A DNA stretch of 64,000 bases from Octopus vulgaris (GCA_951406725.2 OX597824.1:46004001-46068000), one strand, 5' to 3'; positions 12,101 through 25,245 are shown, counted from the stretch's first letter. Numbers and translations: made by a program. Notes: generated by a model from the letters alone, not told the origin.

Positions 12101-13410
12101 TGAGTGGTGTCAAAAAGTTCCAGGACTGGTTATGTTTAATAAAAAATAACTTGTTTATCTCAGTTTTAAGATCATCTCCTTTGAAATAGCCACCTTGCAC
12201 AATAATGCACTAGTCCCAGCATTCTTTTTGGAATCTGGTCTGGAAGTCTTTTTCCATAAGCAAGTTGAAGTCCTTCTGCAATTTGCTCTGAATATCGACA
12301 AAGGTGTTGAAATGATGACCTTTGAGTTGCATTTTCTCCTTGGAGAAGAGATGAAAGTCTTCAGGTGCTAAAGCTGGTGAATAGAGTGGATGTGAAAGTG
12401 ATATCATGTTGTTTTTGGTGAGAAACTCATCAGTGAGGAGAGCTTGGTGACAGGGTGCATTGTCATCATGAAGAATCCAATTCTTCACACACTACAGATC
12501 TGGTCACTCCCTCCAACACTTCAAAACGTTGCAGTAGGACTTTCAATTGATAGCCTGGCCTTGGGGATGAATTCTTGGTGCACAATACCACATTTCCAGG
12601 GGTGACACTCATGTCAGGCCATTCAGATTGCTTATCTTCCAGGGACGTTCTTCTGCTTTTGAAGCACCCATGTCTCTCGAAACATTGTGCATAACCCATT
12701 GCCTCATTTCTGTAAGCTTGCCAAAGTATGCTCAATGCCTCTGTAGCAGGCTTTCCAAGTTTAACACAAAGTTTCGTGTTGGCTCTTTGTTCCTATCCAT
12801 GACAAAGTTGCAGACTACAGCATATATGTGATCACAAAAACACAAATTTCACGTGTGAAGTAAACACAGCAATGTTGCTCAGCACACTGCCTCGTGAAGG
12901 TCACTGCTAGCTCTCACTGTGCACACAACTGTGAGCTGCCATCTGTTGGTGTGCTACAGAACTAGTATACTCTTTTACTCTCTTTTACTCTTTTACTTGT
13001 TTCAGTCATTTGATTGCGGCCATGCTGGAGCACCGCCTTTAGTCGAGCAAATCGACCCCGGGATTTATTCTTTGTAAGCCCAGTACTTATTCTCTCGGTC
13101 TCTTCTGCCGAACCGCTAAGTGACGGGGACGTAAACACACCAGCATCGGTTGTCAAGTGATGCTGGTGGGACAAACACACACACTCAAACATATACACAC
13201 ATACATATATATACATATATACGACAGGCTTCTTTCAGTTTCTGTCTACCAAATCTACTCACAAGGCATTGGTCGGCCCGGGGCTATAGCAGAAGACACT
13301 TGCCCAAGATGCCACACAGTGGGACTGAACCCGGAACCATGTGGTTGGTTAGCAAGCTACTTACCACACAGCCACTCCTGCGCCTATGGGAACTTTTTGA
13401 TATCATCTCT
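12101..13410 (-). mobile_element. Internally deleted mariner (DD34D), interrupted by a SINE
   Basis: TA-flanked TIRs (TGAGTGGTGTCAAAAAGTTCC / GGAACTTTTTGATATCATCTCT); ORF 12210-12488 WILHDDNAPCH…HPLYSPALAPEDFHLF. Confidence 0.85.
12968..13385 (-). mobile_element. Full-length tRNA-derived SINE (CORE-like) with (GAGTAAAA)n tail
   Basis: Head AGGCGCAGGAGTGGCTGTGTGGTAAG, B box GGTTCAGTCCC, TTGGGCAAGT core; inserted at the edge of the mariner TIR. Confidence 0.85.
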
Positions 13411-14452
13411 TATACTATTCATACCGTTTATAGTCTTTATAGTTGAGTAAAAAATCTTCAAAAATCACATTATTTCTTATGCCCTATCAAAGTAAATATC
13501 ATTTGACAAACTCATGAACAGCTTTTTTAAAGCTTATCATATCATGAAAACTAAGTTTCAAAAGCAAATGAAAATAGCTAATGATAAGATATGATTAAAA
13601 CAAAATTAATTGTCACAAATATCGTAATCAACGTTATACTACAAAAAGAAAAGAAAGATAAGAAATTAAATAATTAAATGTTTAGTTTGTTCTAAGTTAT
13701 TATAAATATATTAAATAAAAAAAAGTATGGAGAAACAGCTGATAGAAGAGGCAAGAAGTGACAGACACCAGAGGAGACAGCAACCAAATTAAACAGAAGT
13801 TAATAATCAAGATTTATAAAGTTACTGAACAGGAGAAGGAAAAGTATAGTAACAATTAGACAATGTGAAAATCACGAATAGACATGTTTCAAGAGTTATA
13901 AGTTTCTGTTCATGAATGACTTAAGAGAACAATAATTAAAATGAAAACACTGAAATTGCTGTGAGCATTGAAGTGACAAAAGGACTTAAAATAGAAGCCA
14001 AGTAAGGCTGAAAATATATGCAATAAGTACTAAAATCAGTAAAATCAAAACTAAAGCGATCAGAAACAAAAAAGATCTGAGATATACAGCAGTTGTAAAA
14101 GAAAAAATTTCAAAGCACTGCTTTGAACAGCTTAATTTTTGTTTCCCAATGTTTTTAAAGTTTCATTTTCATTACTAAATACATGTTCTAATGGGTGTAA
14201 CAAACCTGTATACAAGTTTAAATATATCCTTGCCTACCTCTACATGGATTGGAATCACTTAATGCAATTATAGTTTCATTTCAAATAAATCTTGTGGCTT
14301 GAACTGACCACCAAAGTGATTTTATATCATATATAAATAAAAGAGAGTTTGTATGTGTGTGTGTGTGTATTTTCCTCCTGCATTCCAAAACTGAGTTGCC
14401 ATTTTTGACGTATGGGGTATCAAAAGATTCAGTAAGCTTTTGGCTATCAACT

Positions 14453-15204
14453 GGATCTTTTCCTTTTCAACACAATTTCTAGTTAACTAAACACTTTTAA
14501 ACTTCGTATACTGGTAGAATGTGTCAAAATAAAACATTTTTTCTCTTGGCTTTCTTGAGAAAATTGTAATTTGTAAGTTTAAAGTAGTTTAATTTTTCAA
14601 ATTTTAATCAATCAATGGTCTCTATTGAGCTAAAATCATTTGCTGTGTCTAAAACTGAGACAACATCCTGTCACTTTTATGTTTACGTACGGAAAGCGTG
14701 TGTATAAAATTATAGAATTATTTTGTTTGTTAATTGTTTAAATTATTTTCCATTGCTTTCGTTTTTTTTTCTTAAGCAATGGAAAATAGTTTAAACAATA
14801 CACGTGTATCTCAAAACAAAAACAAAACGAATAATTTTAGACACACGCGTAACAATTAAATTAATTTAACAATTAAGAAAAAAAAACGAAAGCTAAAATT
14901 TAGGGTTAGGGTTAGTGTTAGGGTTAGGGTTAGGAATAGGGTTAGGGTTAGTGTTAGGGTTAGGGTTAGTGACAGGATGTTGTCTCAGTTTTAGACACAG
15001 CAAATGATTTTAGCTCAATAGAGGCCATCGATTGGTTAAAATTCGAAAAATTAAACTACATTAAACTTACAAATTACAATTTTCTCAAGAAAGCCAAGAG
15101 AAAAAAATGTTTTATTTTGACACATTTTACCAGTATATGAAGTTTAAAAGTGTTTAGTTAACTAGAAATTGTGTTGAAAACTGCTGTTCAAAAGGAAAAG
15201 ATCC
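14453..15204. mobile_element. Foldback-type DNA transposon: about 225-bp TIRs, 8-bp TSD, telomeric core
   Basis: Arms 14453-14675 and 14968-15204 are near-perfect reverse complements (GGATCTTTTCCTTTT…); TSD TATCAACT/TACCAACT. Confidence 0.9.
14900..14970 (+). repeat. Interstitial (TTAGGG)n, about 12 units with TTAGTG variants
   Basis: Seen directly. Confidence 0.95.
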
Positions 15205-16678
15205 TACCAACTAAACTATATTTTCATTCACTTATTTGCATTAAAAAAATTTAAGATTATCATTTTTCTTTCAGTTACCTATTGTAAATGACCTCTTTCA
15301 CCACCACCACAATGACGATGACATCACATTTTCTATATGTGTTAGGCTGCTGACTGACAAGTATGTGTGTGCCGGTGTTTCTGTCTGTCAATATACAGAC
15401 ATTTTTGTGATGACTGACACACACACACACACACATGCCCGCACACACACACACACACACACACACATCTAAAGACAGAGGTAAACACACACAGGGATAG
15501 AGATAGGCCTCACATATGCATTAATATACGTGTGTGTGTGTGTGTGTGTGTTACTTTATGCACATAATAACTTCTTCCCCCCCCACCTCCAACAATGAAA
15601 CGTGCCGATATCGAAACTTTACTTGCAGCCTGGACTTCAAACAAACAACAATGTTCACTTTCAAGTACTACCAATATGAAGATTTGGCTGATTTAACACC
15701 ACTCACAATACTTGCAAATATATCTGAAAAAAATATTATTCTGGTTATTATAACAAATTTGGAAACTTGGCGAAGTAGACAGCCTTAGCAGCTCTTTCAA
15801 TATAATTACAAAAATGTTATTCCACTTCTTCTAACTAGCTTCAAGATAATGTTTTTTAACAGTCCTTGTATTCTTCATCACTGTATCAACGTCACACAAC
15901 CTTTTTTCTGCGTTACTCCGTATTTATTCTACAGCCTATAATGTTACACAGTTCAAAAACAACATCTTCCTTTTTATACACTTGGTTCAGCATTCGTTTC
16001 AAAATTGTAAAATAAATTATTTTTGTATGAGAAATTGAATTATGCCTTCTGAATTTTCTTGGACTTTCACCTTCTTCACTGTGACATTCATTCAATTGTG
16101 AATTTTATAACATTTAGTACATGTTCCAAATAAATGTTGACTTTATGTACTTTCTTACATTGGTGATGCATACTAACTTTGCTAAATTGGTGACTTTCCA
16201 TTTTTTTAGAGCATAACTATGCTACAGAAAGTATGTTTTGCACCTATATTGACTACATTTCGTTTCTCTTGAACTTCATGTGTGTATATTTTGCTGTTTT
16301 CAATATCATCAATTCTATGAGTGTGTATGTGTGTGTTTCTGCATTCGTTACGTCTATAATAAACTGTAGTAAAGAACATTTTATGCTGTTTTAATGAGCC
16401 CACATCTAATGAAGTAGCCATCCTTATGGTTGGTGATCCCATTGAAAATCATGATATTCTCATTTGTGTTCAAGATAACAACCTTAAACGTGTTTCACAG
16501 ACTCGTTCCTCTTATGATTCTCTCCAGTATACTCTTATTCTGTAGAATGGACAAGATGGATATTATTTCAATATTCTTCGGGTTGAACCCGCAACAGGAT
16601 AGCCAATTACAAACAAAAGGGTGTCGTCAAATGACTTCTGTTCTTACCAACTGATGTTAAGACCAGAACAATCAAATC

Positions 16679-16877
16679 CTTTCTACTATAGGCACGAGAC
16701 CTGAAATTTCAGTGGAGGGAACCAGTTGATGACATCAGCCCCAGTGTCTCACCAGTACTTAATTTATCGACCCTGAAAGAATGAAAGCCAAACTTGACCC
16801 CGAAAGCATTTAAACAAGCAAAATACCACTCAAGCATTTTGCTCGGCATGCTAATGATTCTGCTAGCTCGCCACCTT
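16679..16877 (-). mobile_element. tRNA-derived SINE with Meta-domain-like core and 16-bp TSD
   Basis: TSD CCAGAACAATCAAATC at 16663-16678 and 16878-16893; core similar to GCCTTTCATCCTTTCGGGGTCGATAAATTAAGTAC. Confidence 0.85.
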
Positions 16878-17209
16878 CCAGAACAATCAAATCAATTACA
16901 CACATTAATTAAACTTTATTTTCATTTACATATTTTCTACATTATCTCAATTAACCAGCTATAGTTATTTCAAATTCTCTTCTCTACAACGACCAGGTTT
17001 CATTACAAAATGAAAATAGTTTCACACTTTCAATTTGAACCAAAATTACAAAGTGTTGCATTATGAGAGTGACGATGTGTGAATAATGAAAGTAATGGTT
17101 CTCCGAATTAGTCACATGAGTATTATAATAATGAAAACTGCTTATTATCTATCAACCAAATAAACTGTTTTTGACTCAACAACTCTTTACAACTAAAATA
17201 ACCCCAACA

Positions 17210-17398
17210 ACTACATTCTTAGAATTCTACTCAAACAAACATTTATGAAAATGTACAGATTTTGATGTTGTGCTTGTTTGTCTTTAGAATGACATTGTAG
17301 TACCCTGTAGCGTGAGAGGCTGAATCTAGCCAGTTTGAACGCAGAACAAGGTAGAATATTTGGGCATGATATGATCAGTTTAAATGCTAAAGGGTTAA
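17210..17398. mobile_element. Partial piggyBac-type MITE
   Basis: Ends ATGCTAAAGGG|TTAA; same family as 47141-47360. Confidence 0.65.
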
Positions 17399-17439
17399 AT
17401 GGTATATACAGATTGCTTTTTATATACATGCATGTTGCA

Positions 17440-17475
<36 letters not shown>

Positions 17476-17476
<1 letters not shown>

Positions 17477-18549
17477 TAGCAGTATCACCCAGTGTTGCTT
17501 GGGTTTGTTTCGACCCTTTAGAATTGGAATTTTTGAGAAGTAAAAATTTTGCATTATGCAACTTGTTATTCTCTTCAAGTGAACATTTTTCCAGTTGAAA
17601 TACGCCGAAAAATGGTGACACAGCAGTCAAAAATCGTAAAAAATAGGGATTTTCATAGAAAAAAAGCACCTTTTTGATGTAAATAATTTTTGGTGTTAAC
17701 ATGGTCCAATTTGAATTTTATCTTCTACAGAATGAAGAGCAAGCTTTCTTCTATCATACTCTCAATTTTGGTCAACTTGCGCTGCAGGGTCTCGAAGGAG
17801 ATAGTGTTAGTTGAAGGCTACCAAACCTGCCACACACAGACAACTTCAGCTTTATATATATAGATTTGCTACACACTACTTTCCATCCTTAATAATGAAA
17901 CTTGGTAGATCCAAAAGTTAAACACACAGACACACACACAGACACACAAGTTGAGTTTTATATATATAGATTTCTCAATGGGGATTTCAGGGGAGAGTTT
18001 CAGGGAGTCGCTGGCGATGTATTGTGATGATCAAAAATCCGGCCTGCTAAAATTTGGTTAAAGTGATTCAAACTGCAGACTCAACGCAAAATGGTCACAT
18101 TTAATTCAAAGCGTTAAAAATGTTATGAAAACAATTGGTATGTGTTCACAAAGTCCAAACGATTAATACGAAAAAACCCTCCAGGCTACATCCCGAAAAT
18201 TCATTTCTTTGCCGAATTTCTACAATGTTTATGGCGATTCGTTTTTATATCTTGATTTTTTATTTTTCATGCAATTTACGCATGGTGAACACAGTTCACG
18301 TCAAACAGCTGACTGAGTAAAGTTCACTATTTAATGCATGGGATAAGGCCTAAACAAACACATTATCGATTTTTGCACTTGCGAGATGAATTTCGGAACA
18401 GAAATAGCGCAGTTCAATTTTCATTTGCCTAAACTTTAAGTGACCCATTTTTGGTGGTTCTACAATTTGTTGGCTAGGAGGAGATGTGCCGGGAAGTTAA
18501 ACACACAGATACACACACAGACACACAAGTTGAGTTTTATATATAGAGA
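17476..18549 (-). mobile_element. Composite non-autonomous Helitron
   Basis: 3' end: hairpin CCCAAGCAACACTGGG then CTAG|T at 17476. 5' TCTATATATATAAA-type ends at 17864, 17970 and about 18549. Confidence 0.8.
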
Positions 18550-19282
18550 TATATATATAATATGTTTGCAATGATATTGGGACAAGTTAAATGAGGCTGC
18601 TAGTGATCATTTAAAGCTACCAAAACTAATAAAACATATAGCTTTCATTTATGCAAATGAGATCCTTTAAAAACTGACTTCACTCTTTTAAAAATCCTAA
18701 GCAAAGGTTATATAAATATATTGACTTGTAGTGATTACATAGAAAGAATTTAAAGCTACATCTTAAGGAAAAAAGAGTCTGTTCAAAACAGATTAGTGAA
18801 AAAAATACATAATCAACAGTTATTGATATCTGTAATTAGCAATGGAACCTAGCTTTTGGGAAGTCACTCTCATCACTTAAGCAGAAGCTGTGACTGTACA
18901 ATGAGTATTTTATATCAAACCATTAAATACCAAATACAAGAAACATCTTAAGATATCAAAATGAATTACCTTAAGGTGAAAGGCTGATGACTTGAGCAGA
19001 GGAAAGAAGCATTTTTAAATTATAGTAAAATACAGCTTTATTACTGACCAACTCTGAATCAAGGAGAAACTATCTTAGATGAATGGAAAAATCAAAATTC
19101 TAAAACTTTGAAGTTAAATTTATTATCTTCAAACATACACTTAAATAAAAAAAATTAGATTATTTAAAAACACTATTGCAGGTTTACTTCAAATTTTATA
19201 AGACAAAAAAAGTAGTATCAAAGTGAGAAATGTATCTAATACAGAATATTACAAAGTATTTTGATTGTGTGTGCGTATGTAT

Positions 19283-19350
<68 letters not shown>

Positions 19351-19779
19351 ACATGTGTGTATGTGAGGGGCCAGTTAATCATAGTGTGTGATCTGTTTAG
19401 AAATGCTGCAAAACAAATACTGCAACTCGACAGATAAAGTTTATTGCATTGGCAGTAACAATAATATGAAAGACAAGATGACATGAAGGTGCCCTGAAAG
19501 TGATTTATAATAGCACAATATAAGATGTTCATATTCTATATAAAATATGAACTACAACTAGAGATGTTATGCTTCACTGATTTATTCCTGCATAGACTAC
19601 TAATACCCAGAAATGACAACATAAATTTAGCAAAACCTTTAAACCAATACTAAAACTTATAATAACATTTACAGATGATACAGACGGGAGAAGGTAAGTC
19701 AATACCATCAAACCCAGTATTTCACAGGTACTTAATTTTATTGATTGTAGAAGAATGAAAGGCAAAGTTGAACCTTAAT

Positions 19780-20163
19780 CAGTTGAGCATGTCCCTTGGT
19801 GGCTGTCAATATGTGTATCTCTGATCACAAGCAGACATAGTGAGGAAGCATCACAGCCATGTGTTGAGAGGAATTCTTTGGGGTTTGGATAATTCACCTT
19901 TGGAAACATGGGTCTTTCATACAACCCTTATTCAGGGACCATTTGAGTGGGATGGGCTACTTGACCTGAAGGAAATTCTAACTGGGCTCCACCTGCAAAG
20001 TCATGCACTGTTTATCTTGATATGAGATCGCCATGTCGCACACACATGGTTGTGATGCATGTGCCTAGTGTACCCTTATCAGACAGGTAGTCATGATGGG
20101 TAGACTAAGCTTTGTATATTTTACCCCAGTGTCACTTTGATGGCATGCACTGCTCTCTCACTC

Positions 20164-20219
<56 letters not shown>

Positions 20220-20258
20220 CAATAATAATAACAGCAACAACAACAGTAATAATAATAA
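19780..20258 (+). mobile_element. Retroposon 3' portion with a (TAA)n tail
   Basis: GC-richer body ending CACTGCTCTCTCACTC then a long (AAT)n; preceded by a Meta-like SINE fragment at about 19690-19775. Confidence 0.55.
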
Positions 20259-20566
20259 TTCAATGTGAACATACTGTTGTTGGTACTTCATACTTAAAAT
20301 GTGTGTAAGATTCTATTATAAACAATTTTGATAGGTGATGAGAAACTTACCAAATTCTGCGATAAAAGGTCATGTCATTTCAACCTGTCAGTGCCAAACT
20401 AGTATCTGTTTATGATCTTCTTAAATCACAATTTTTTTATTACTATTTATTACTTATGTCTAACTTGCTACAAACATAAATATGCAAATATACACAGAGA
20501 CACACACACACACATGCAAATATGCATATGAACTAGTAAAAATGTACACAAAAAAGAAATATATAC

Positions 20567-20678
20567 TTAGTTTGCTCTCATGCATATGCATTCAAGTGCA
20601 TGTAACAAACCAGAAAGAAAAAATCCAATAATAGCAGCAACAGCAGCAACTGCAGCAGTAATGATAGTAATATTTACT
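20567..20678 (-). CDS. Candidate exon encoding a hydrophobic helix and short Cys tail (VNITIITAAVAAVAAIIGFFLSGLLHALECICMRAN*)
   Basis: TTGTTTCAG acceptor; about 22 hydrophobic residues; the stop TAA is followed directly by GTATAT. Partly (GCT)n-like, so it could be chance. Confidence 0.3.
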
Positions 20679-21419
20679 CTGAAACAATTGGATAAACAAT
20701 GACAGGCTGTCCATGTGAGGTTCAAGTTGGTTATTGTAAGGAAAATGTGTGCATGTGCACATGCACACACATACACGCATGCGCACGTGCACACACACAC
20801 ACACACATGTGCGATGGAAACAGTGACAATGCTGAAGCAGAAATATGTAAAAAAGAAAGTGATTCATTATAAAAGAGTGTGTTCCATAAGGAATTGATAA
20901 GGCACATTTTGTAAATATCTAGCACAGGAAAAAGAATAAAATAATAGTTGAGCCGTATCATTTAGCATGTTGTAGAAAGCAGATCACACAAAGACACTCA
21001 GATGAAGTTTATCCTAATTAGGCATGGTGCCAACAGCTTGTTCTTATAAGAAAGCTCTAACCTCATAAAAGGTGTAAAGACATTTGTTTCACAAGGAAAT
21101 GGAAAACAACTAGTTATACAAAGATACACACTCATCTTAGTTCATTTAGAGAAAATCTCATGGCACCATTATCATATTTATGTCCACTTCTTCATTCAGC
21201 CTCTCTAGCAATGCTGCCTTGATAAAAGCAAAGGGGTTAGCATTAGGAAGGGCATCCAGCTATAGAAACCAAGCTAGTTAACATATATAAGCACCTAGTA
21301 TTTAGGAGTTGTGACTCCTAATGGAAGGTGACTCAATCCTTGATGCCTCACCCAACCCATGCCAGCACAGAAAATAGACAATGATGATGATGATGATGTA
21401 TGAGTTAAGTGGGTTAGAT

Positions 21420-22990
21420 TACACACAGTATCTCTCGACTTGACACAGTCTCCTTCGTATAACAAAGTCAGCCATCACCATTTCTGCCTGACTTTCTTGA
21501 GTTTCTTCTTCTGTAGTCTCCTCCTGCTTACATCATTCAAGACCTTTTCACTTAAATTGTATTCTTCAAGTACACATGTCCAAACATTCCTGTCTTCTCT
21601 CTTGTACATTATAGCAGGTTATTCTGACACCAAACTTTCCTCATAGCACACTTGATGAAATTGCACATGCTTGCCTCATTTCTACCCAGCTTTAGCACAT
21701 CCTCTTCTAACATGTAATATCACTATTTGTACATGAACATCATCTAGCCTGCCATTCACTTAAAGACTTTGTTGTCAACAGAAGCAATAGCTCCTTGAAC
21801 TTTCCCCACTGTTAAGCCTTCTGGTAAAGGGTTCATTTCTTTGATGCACTCACCCCTCCTGCACAGCCAGCTTGGGTTGTCACAACACTTTTTAATGTAT
21901 CCATTGTTTTCATAGAGTATAACAATATAAAGTTTCTACCTTTTTATCTTTCTTCATATCAAGCACAGCCATTTCCCATTTGGTAGTAAGATTTTACTTT
22001 CTGTTTTGCTTGGACTTTATTGTTCATTAAATCAATTTTTATTTGGCTATTTCATTACAGACACTGCTCTGATGAACTTTATCCATATTCAGCTCATTTG
22101 GCTATGAGACAGGTCATGGGCATACAGTGGTTATTATCGATTGTCTGTCTTTAACTTCACTGTTATTATTCACAGTATAATAAACAAGAGAGGGTTTAGA
22201 ACCAAACCCTGACAGACATCTACCAGTATACTAACTCATTGCTAACTCCCACTTTTGTAACAACACATTTACAGAAGCCTTGCAAGGCTCTTAAAAACAA
22301 TTTATCTACTCCTACAGTTTTTCAAGTGTCCACTAGACTACTGACCATGGTGCTGCATCAAAAAACCGTTTCTAAACCAACAAGTGCTACATACAATGAG
22401 TTGTTCTTGGCTAAGAGCTACTATTGCAGATGATTCATAAAGATGATTCATATCCTGAAGCACAAATCCAAACTGTAATTCAGCTGACAGAGTTCTCTCC
22501 TTGATTAGCTTTCCTCTCCTACTGCCATGATTTAGTCAGTTTAATGCTTCTGTCAAAGCATCTCCTTTACCCTTGTAGCAGTTCACAAGCTGCTGCTATA
22601 TCAAGCATTGGATAACTCTGCACTGTTTATTTGATTAACTACATAAGAAGTACATGGTCAACTTCACAGCTGTGGTTCAGCTGCTTTCTTTGCCTCTATA
22701 TATTTAACCCTTTAACATTCACATTACTCTATCAAATGCAACACTTATTTATTCACATTGTTTTGAATTAATCATGTATTAGCTCATAGATTTGAAATTT
22801 CAATGACATGGTTGTATATTTCTAGAATGACAAGTAGAATATTTTGGCTGGATATGACTGATTTAAACACTAAAGGGTCAATGGTTCTTTTTACCAATTA
22901 AGCAACCAACCCTCAACAGAAGTTCTCTTTGTTGGACCCACATGGGCTAAGCACTCTTTTTATGACATACTTTTTCCTCATTCAGCAACC
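21420..22990 (-). mobile_element. Highly degenerate RTE-clade LINE RT relic
   Basis: About 21810-21760 reads WGKFKELLLLLTTKSLS, matching WAKFRELLPLLLTKGLS of the copy at 40885; many stops. Confidence 0.6.
22708..22877. mobile_element. piggyBac-type MITE inside the RTE relic
   Basis: TTAA|CCCTTTA…TAAAGGG|TCAA. Confidence 0.7.
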
Positions 22991-23055
22991 ACCCATAGTA
23001 TTGTTTTTATGACTTTTTCTTCTCAGTGTCAGTGAAGATGAGTTCATCACTATCA

Positions 23056-23097
<42 letters not shown>

Positions 23098-23100
<3 letters not shown>

Positions 23101-23312
23101 GATTTCAAATTTTTGCCACAAGGGCAGCTTGTGGGAGGGGATTAAGTCAATTACATCGAACCCAGTGTTTCACTGGTACTTAATTTATCAATCCTGAAAG
23201 GATGAAAAGCAAAGTTGACCTCAGCAGAATTTGAACTCAGAACGTAAGGACGGATGAAATGCCACTAAGCATTTTGCCAGGTGTGCTAACAATTCTGCCA
23301 TCTCACCGCCTT
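23098..23312 (-). mobile_element. Meta-like tRNA SINE in (TAA)n
   Basis: Head AAGGCGGTGAGATGGCAGAATTG; B box GAGTTCAAATTC. Confidence 0.8.
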
Positions 23313-23321
23313 AATAATAAT

Positions 23322-24293
23322 AACAAGAGCACTCAGAGAGTGCAAACCTCCGCCAGAGATGATTTTTAAAATGAGAATATCCGAAATAAACTCAACTGCT
23401 CTCACAAATGAGAATACTAAAAATGAACCCAACCACTCTCAAAAATTAAACAAAAGAACTAGGAAAATAATCCAAAATCCCAATGGTAGTCATGAAATGT
23501 GAAGGTGTGTGTGGGCCATGTTTGTAATGCTGTGTGTCATCTGCAGTGGAAACAGGGACAGTTTTCTCTATGAGGGCCTTTTTTAGTCTATCCACGGATA
23601 TAGTGTCTTTATGATCATTAAGGTCTATAGTGAAAAATATATCCGTGCATGAAAGAAAATGGAAAGGACCTGCATACAATGCCATTAACGGAGGTTTAAC
23701 AACATTGCACACAAAAACTTGAGTCCAAGAAGTAAAACTGCTCTCAAGGCAGTTCTAGAAATGCAATTATCAAGTAGGTAAGAGGTTTTAAATAGGAGCG
23801 ATATATTAAAAATTGGTAAAACTAAAAATTATCAAGTATAAATCAAATATATTATTGTTACTGAATATGTTAGTGTTATTTAATTTCTTAACGGTTTTGC
23901 TGCCATTTCTTTATGTAGTTTGATTTCTTTATCCATCAGTTTTTACTAAAATAGAGATGCAAGTAAAATTAATAATAGAGGAACGAAAATAAAACTTTGG
24001 AAACAGCAATGCTGCCATAACTTACGTGGAAATCATGAGTGTGCTTTCAAGGGAGATAATCAGAGAAAGACTTGAAAGTCAACATAAGATCGTAATAATT
24101 CATGTAAAGTAAATATAACAAATAATCCAGAATCTTTGTCTCAAAATCTAATCAGTTCATGCCAGCCACGAGGCCAAACATCTGATAGTTTCATCTGAAT
24201 CCATCCAGCGGTTCTTGATATCTTGTCCATGGGTAAACAAACAAACAAACATGACTGAAAACAATACCTCCGCCTTCGCTAAGGTGGAGGTAA
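23322..24293. mobile_element. Helentron-associated (HINE/DINE-1-like) element
   Basis: Starts AACAAGAG with subterminal ACCTCCGCC; (CAAA)n; terminal hairpin TACCTCCGCCTT cgct AAGGTGGAGGTA at 24265-24292. Confidence 0.65.
23490..23720 (-). pseudogene. Ty3/Gypsy integrase C-terminal (GPY/F) fragment
   Basis: VKPPLMALYAGPFHFLSCTDIFFTIDLNDHKDTISVDRLKKA, similar to PLxPPYxGPFxV…DTVSIDRLKPA. Confidence 0.75.
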
Positions 24294-24299
24294 TGATAA

Positions 24300-25172
24300 T
24301 GATAGATAAATGGATAAATTGATGGAGAAAGAAATGACAGAAAAATTTAAGGTGGAGTACTTGCACAGACTGAAACTGATCCTTAAGTCAAAATTAAATG
24401 GATGGAATAAGATTGAAGCTATCAACACCTGGGCGGTTTCACTCCTTAGATATGGAGCAGGGGTTATTGCATGGACAGTAGACGAACTAAACAGCTTAGA
24501 CAGAAAGGCAAGGAAGTTGCTAACTAGGTATGGGTCACTCCATCCAAAAAGTGACACAGACAGACTGTATGTACCACAAAAAAGAAGGGGAAGAGAACTT
24601 ATTCAATGCAAACACAGCATTAGTGCAGAAGAAAACAACATAGCATGGTGTGTGAAAAATGCCACAGAACTGCTATTATTAGAAGTAAGAAGGTCAGGCT
24701 TTTGTAGGATGAAAGATTGCAAAGATGAAGCACTATACAAGAAATTGAAAACGAAGGAAACTGAAAATAGGTGGGTAAAGAAAAGAATGCATGGTCAATT
24801 TCATAGGGATGCTTGAAGATAAGACAGACAGAGAAAAAAGATAGCTGTGGATGACTAAAAGAGATTTAAAACCGGAAACAGAGGCTCTAACCTGTGCTGC
24901 CCAAGAGCAAACACTAAGAACAAACTACATAAAATACAGAATAGACAACATAGCAGAAAGTGTTAAGTGCAGAATCTGTGGACAAAACGGTGAAACCGTA
25001 TGGCATATTACCAGCCAATGTATGCTACTAGCCCAGAAGGAATATAAGAGATGGCACGACAATATAGTCAGGCTTGTCCATTGGAAACTCTGCAACAAGT
25101 ATGTTCTTGACAGCAAAAAATTGGTATGACCACAATCTTGAAGGCAGCGTTGAAAATAGAAATGCAAAGATC
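24300..25172 (+). mobile_element. R4/Dong-clade non-LTR retrotransposon, post-RT region and zinc knuckle (pseudogenised)
   Basis: KSKLNGWNKIEAINTWAVSLLRYGAG…HPKSDTDRLYVP; LKPETEAL…AAQEQTLRTNY…CRICGQNGETVWHITSQC…YKRWHDN. Confidence 0.85.
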
Positions 25173-25245
25173 TAATGAGACAACACCTTTTTTATTTTCA
25201 GTAAGCAAAAGGTTTTCTGACTTCTCATTACCATTTTATTAAAAA

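Larger units (their letters stand above)
14327..16678 (+). mobile_element. Helitron relic with a RepHel fragment
   Basis: 5' A|TCATATATAAATAAAAG; 16374-16665 reads EH…FNEPTSNEVAILMVGDP…LKRVSQTRSSYDSLQYTLIL*NGQDGYYFNI…KRVSSNDFCSYQLMLR, the region preceding the Helitron Rep domain. Continuity of the interior is inferred. Confidence 0.7.

Noticed and set aside
12090-13419. TATACTATT on both sides of the mariner as a 9-bp TSD
   Set aside because: Explained by a TA duplication within a pre-existing short tandem repeat.
14900-14970. True telomere
   Set aside because: Short, internal and enclosed by transposon TIRs.
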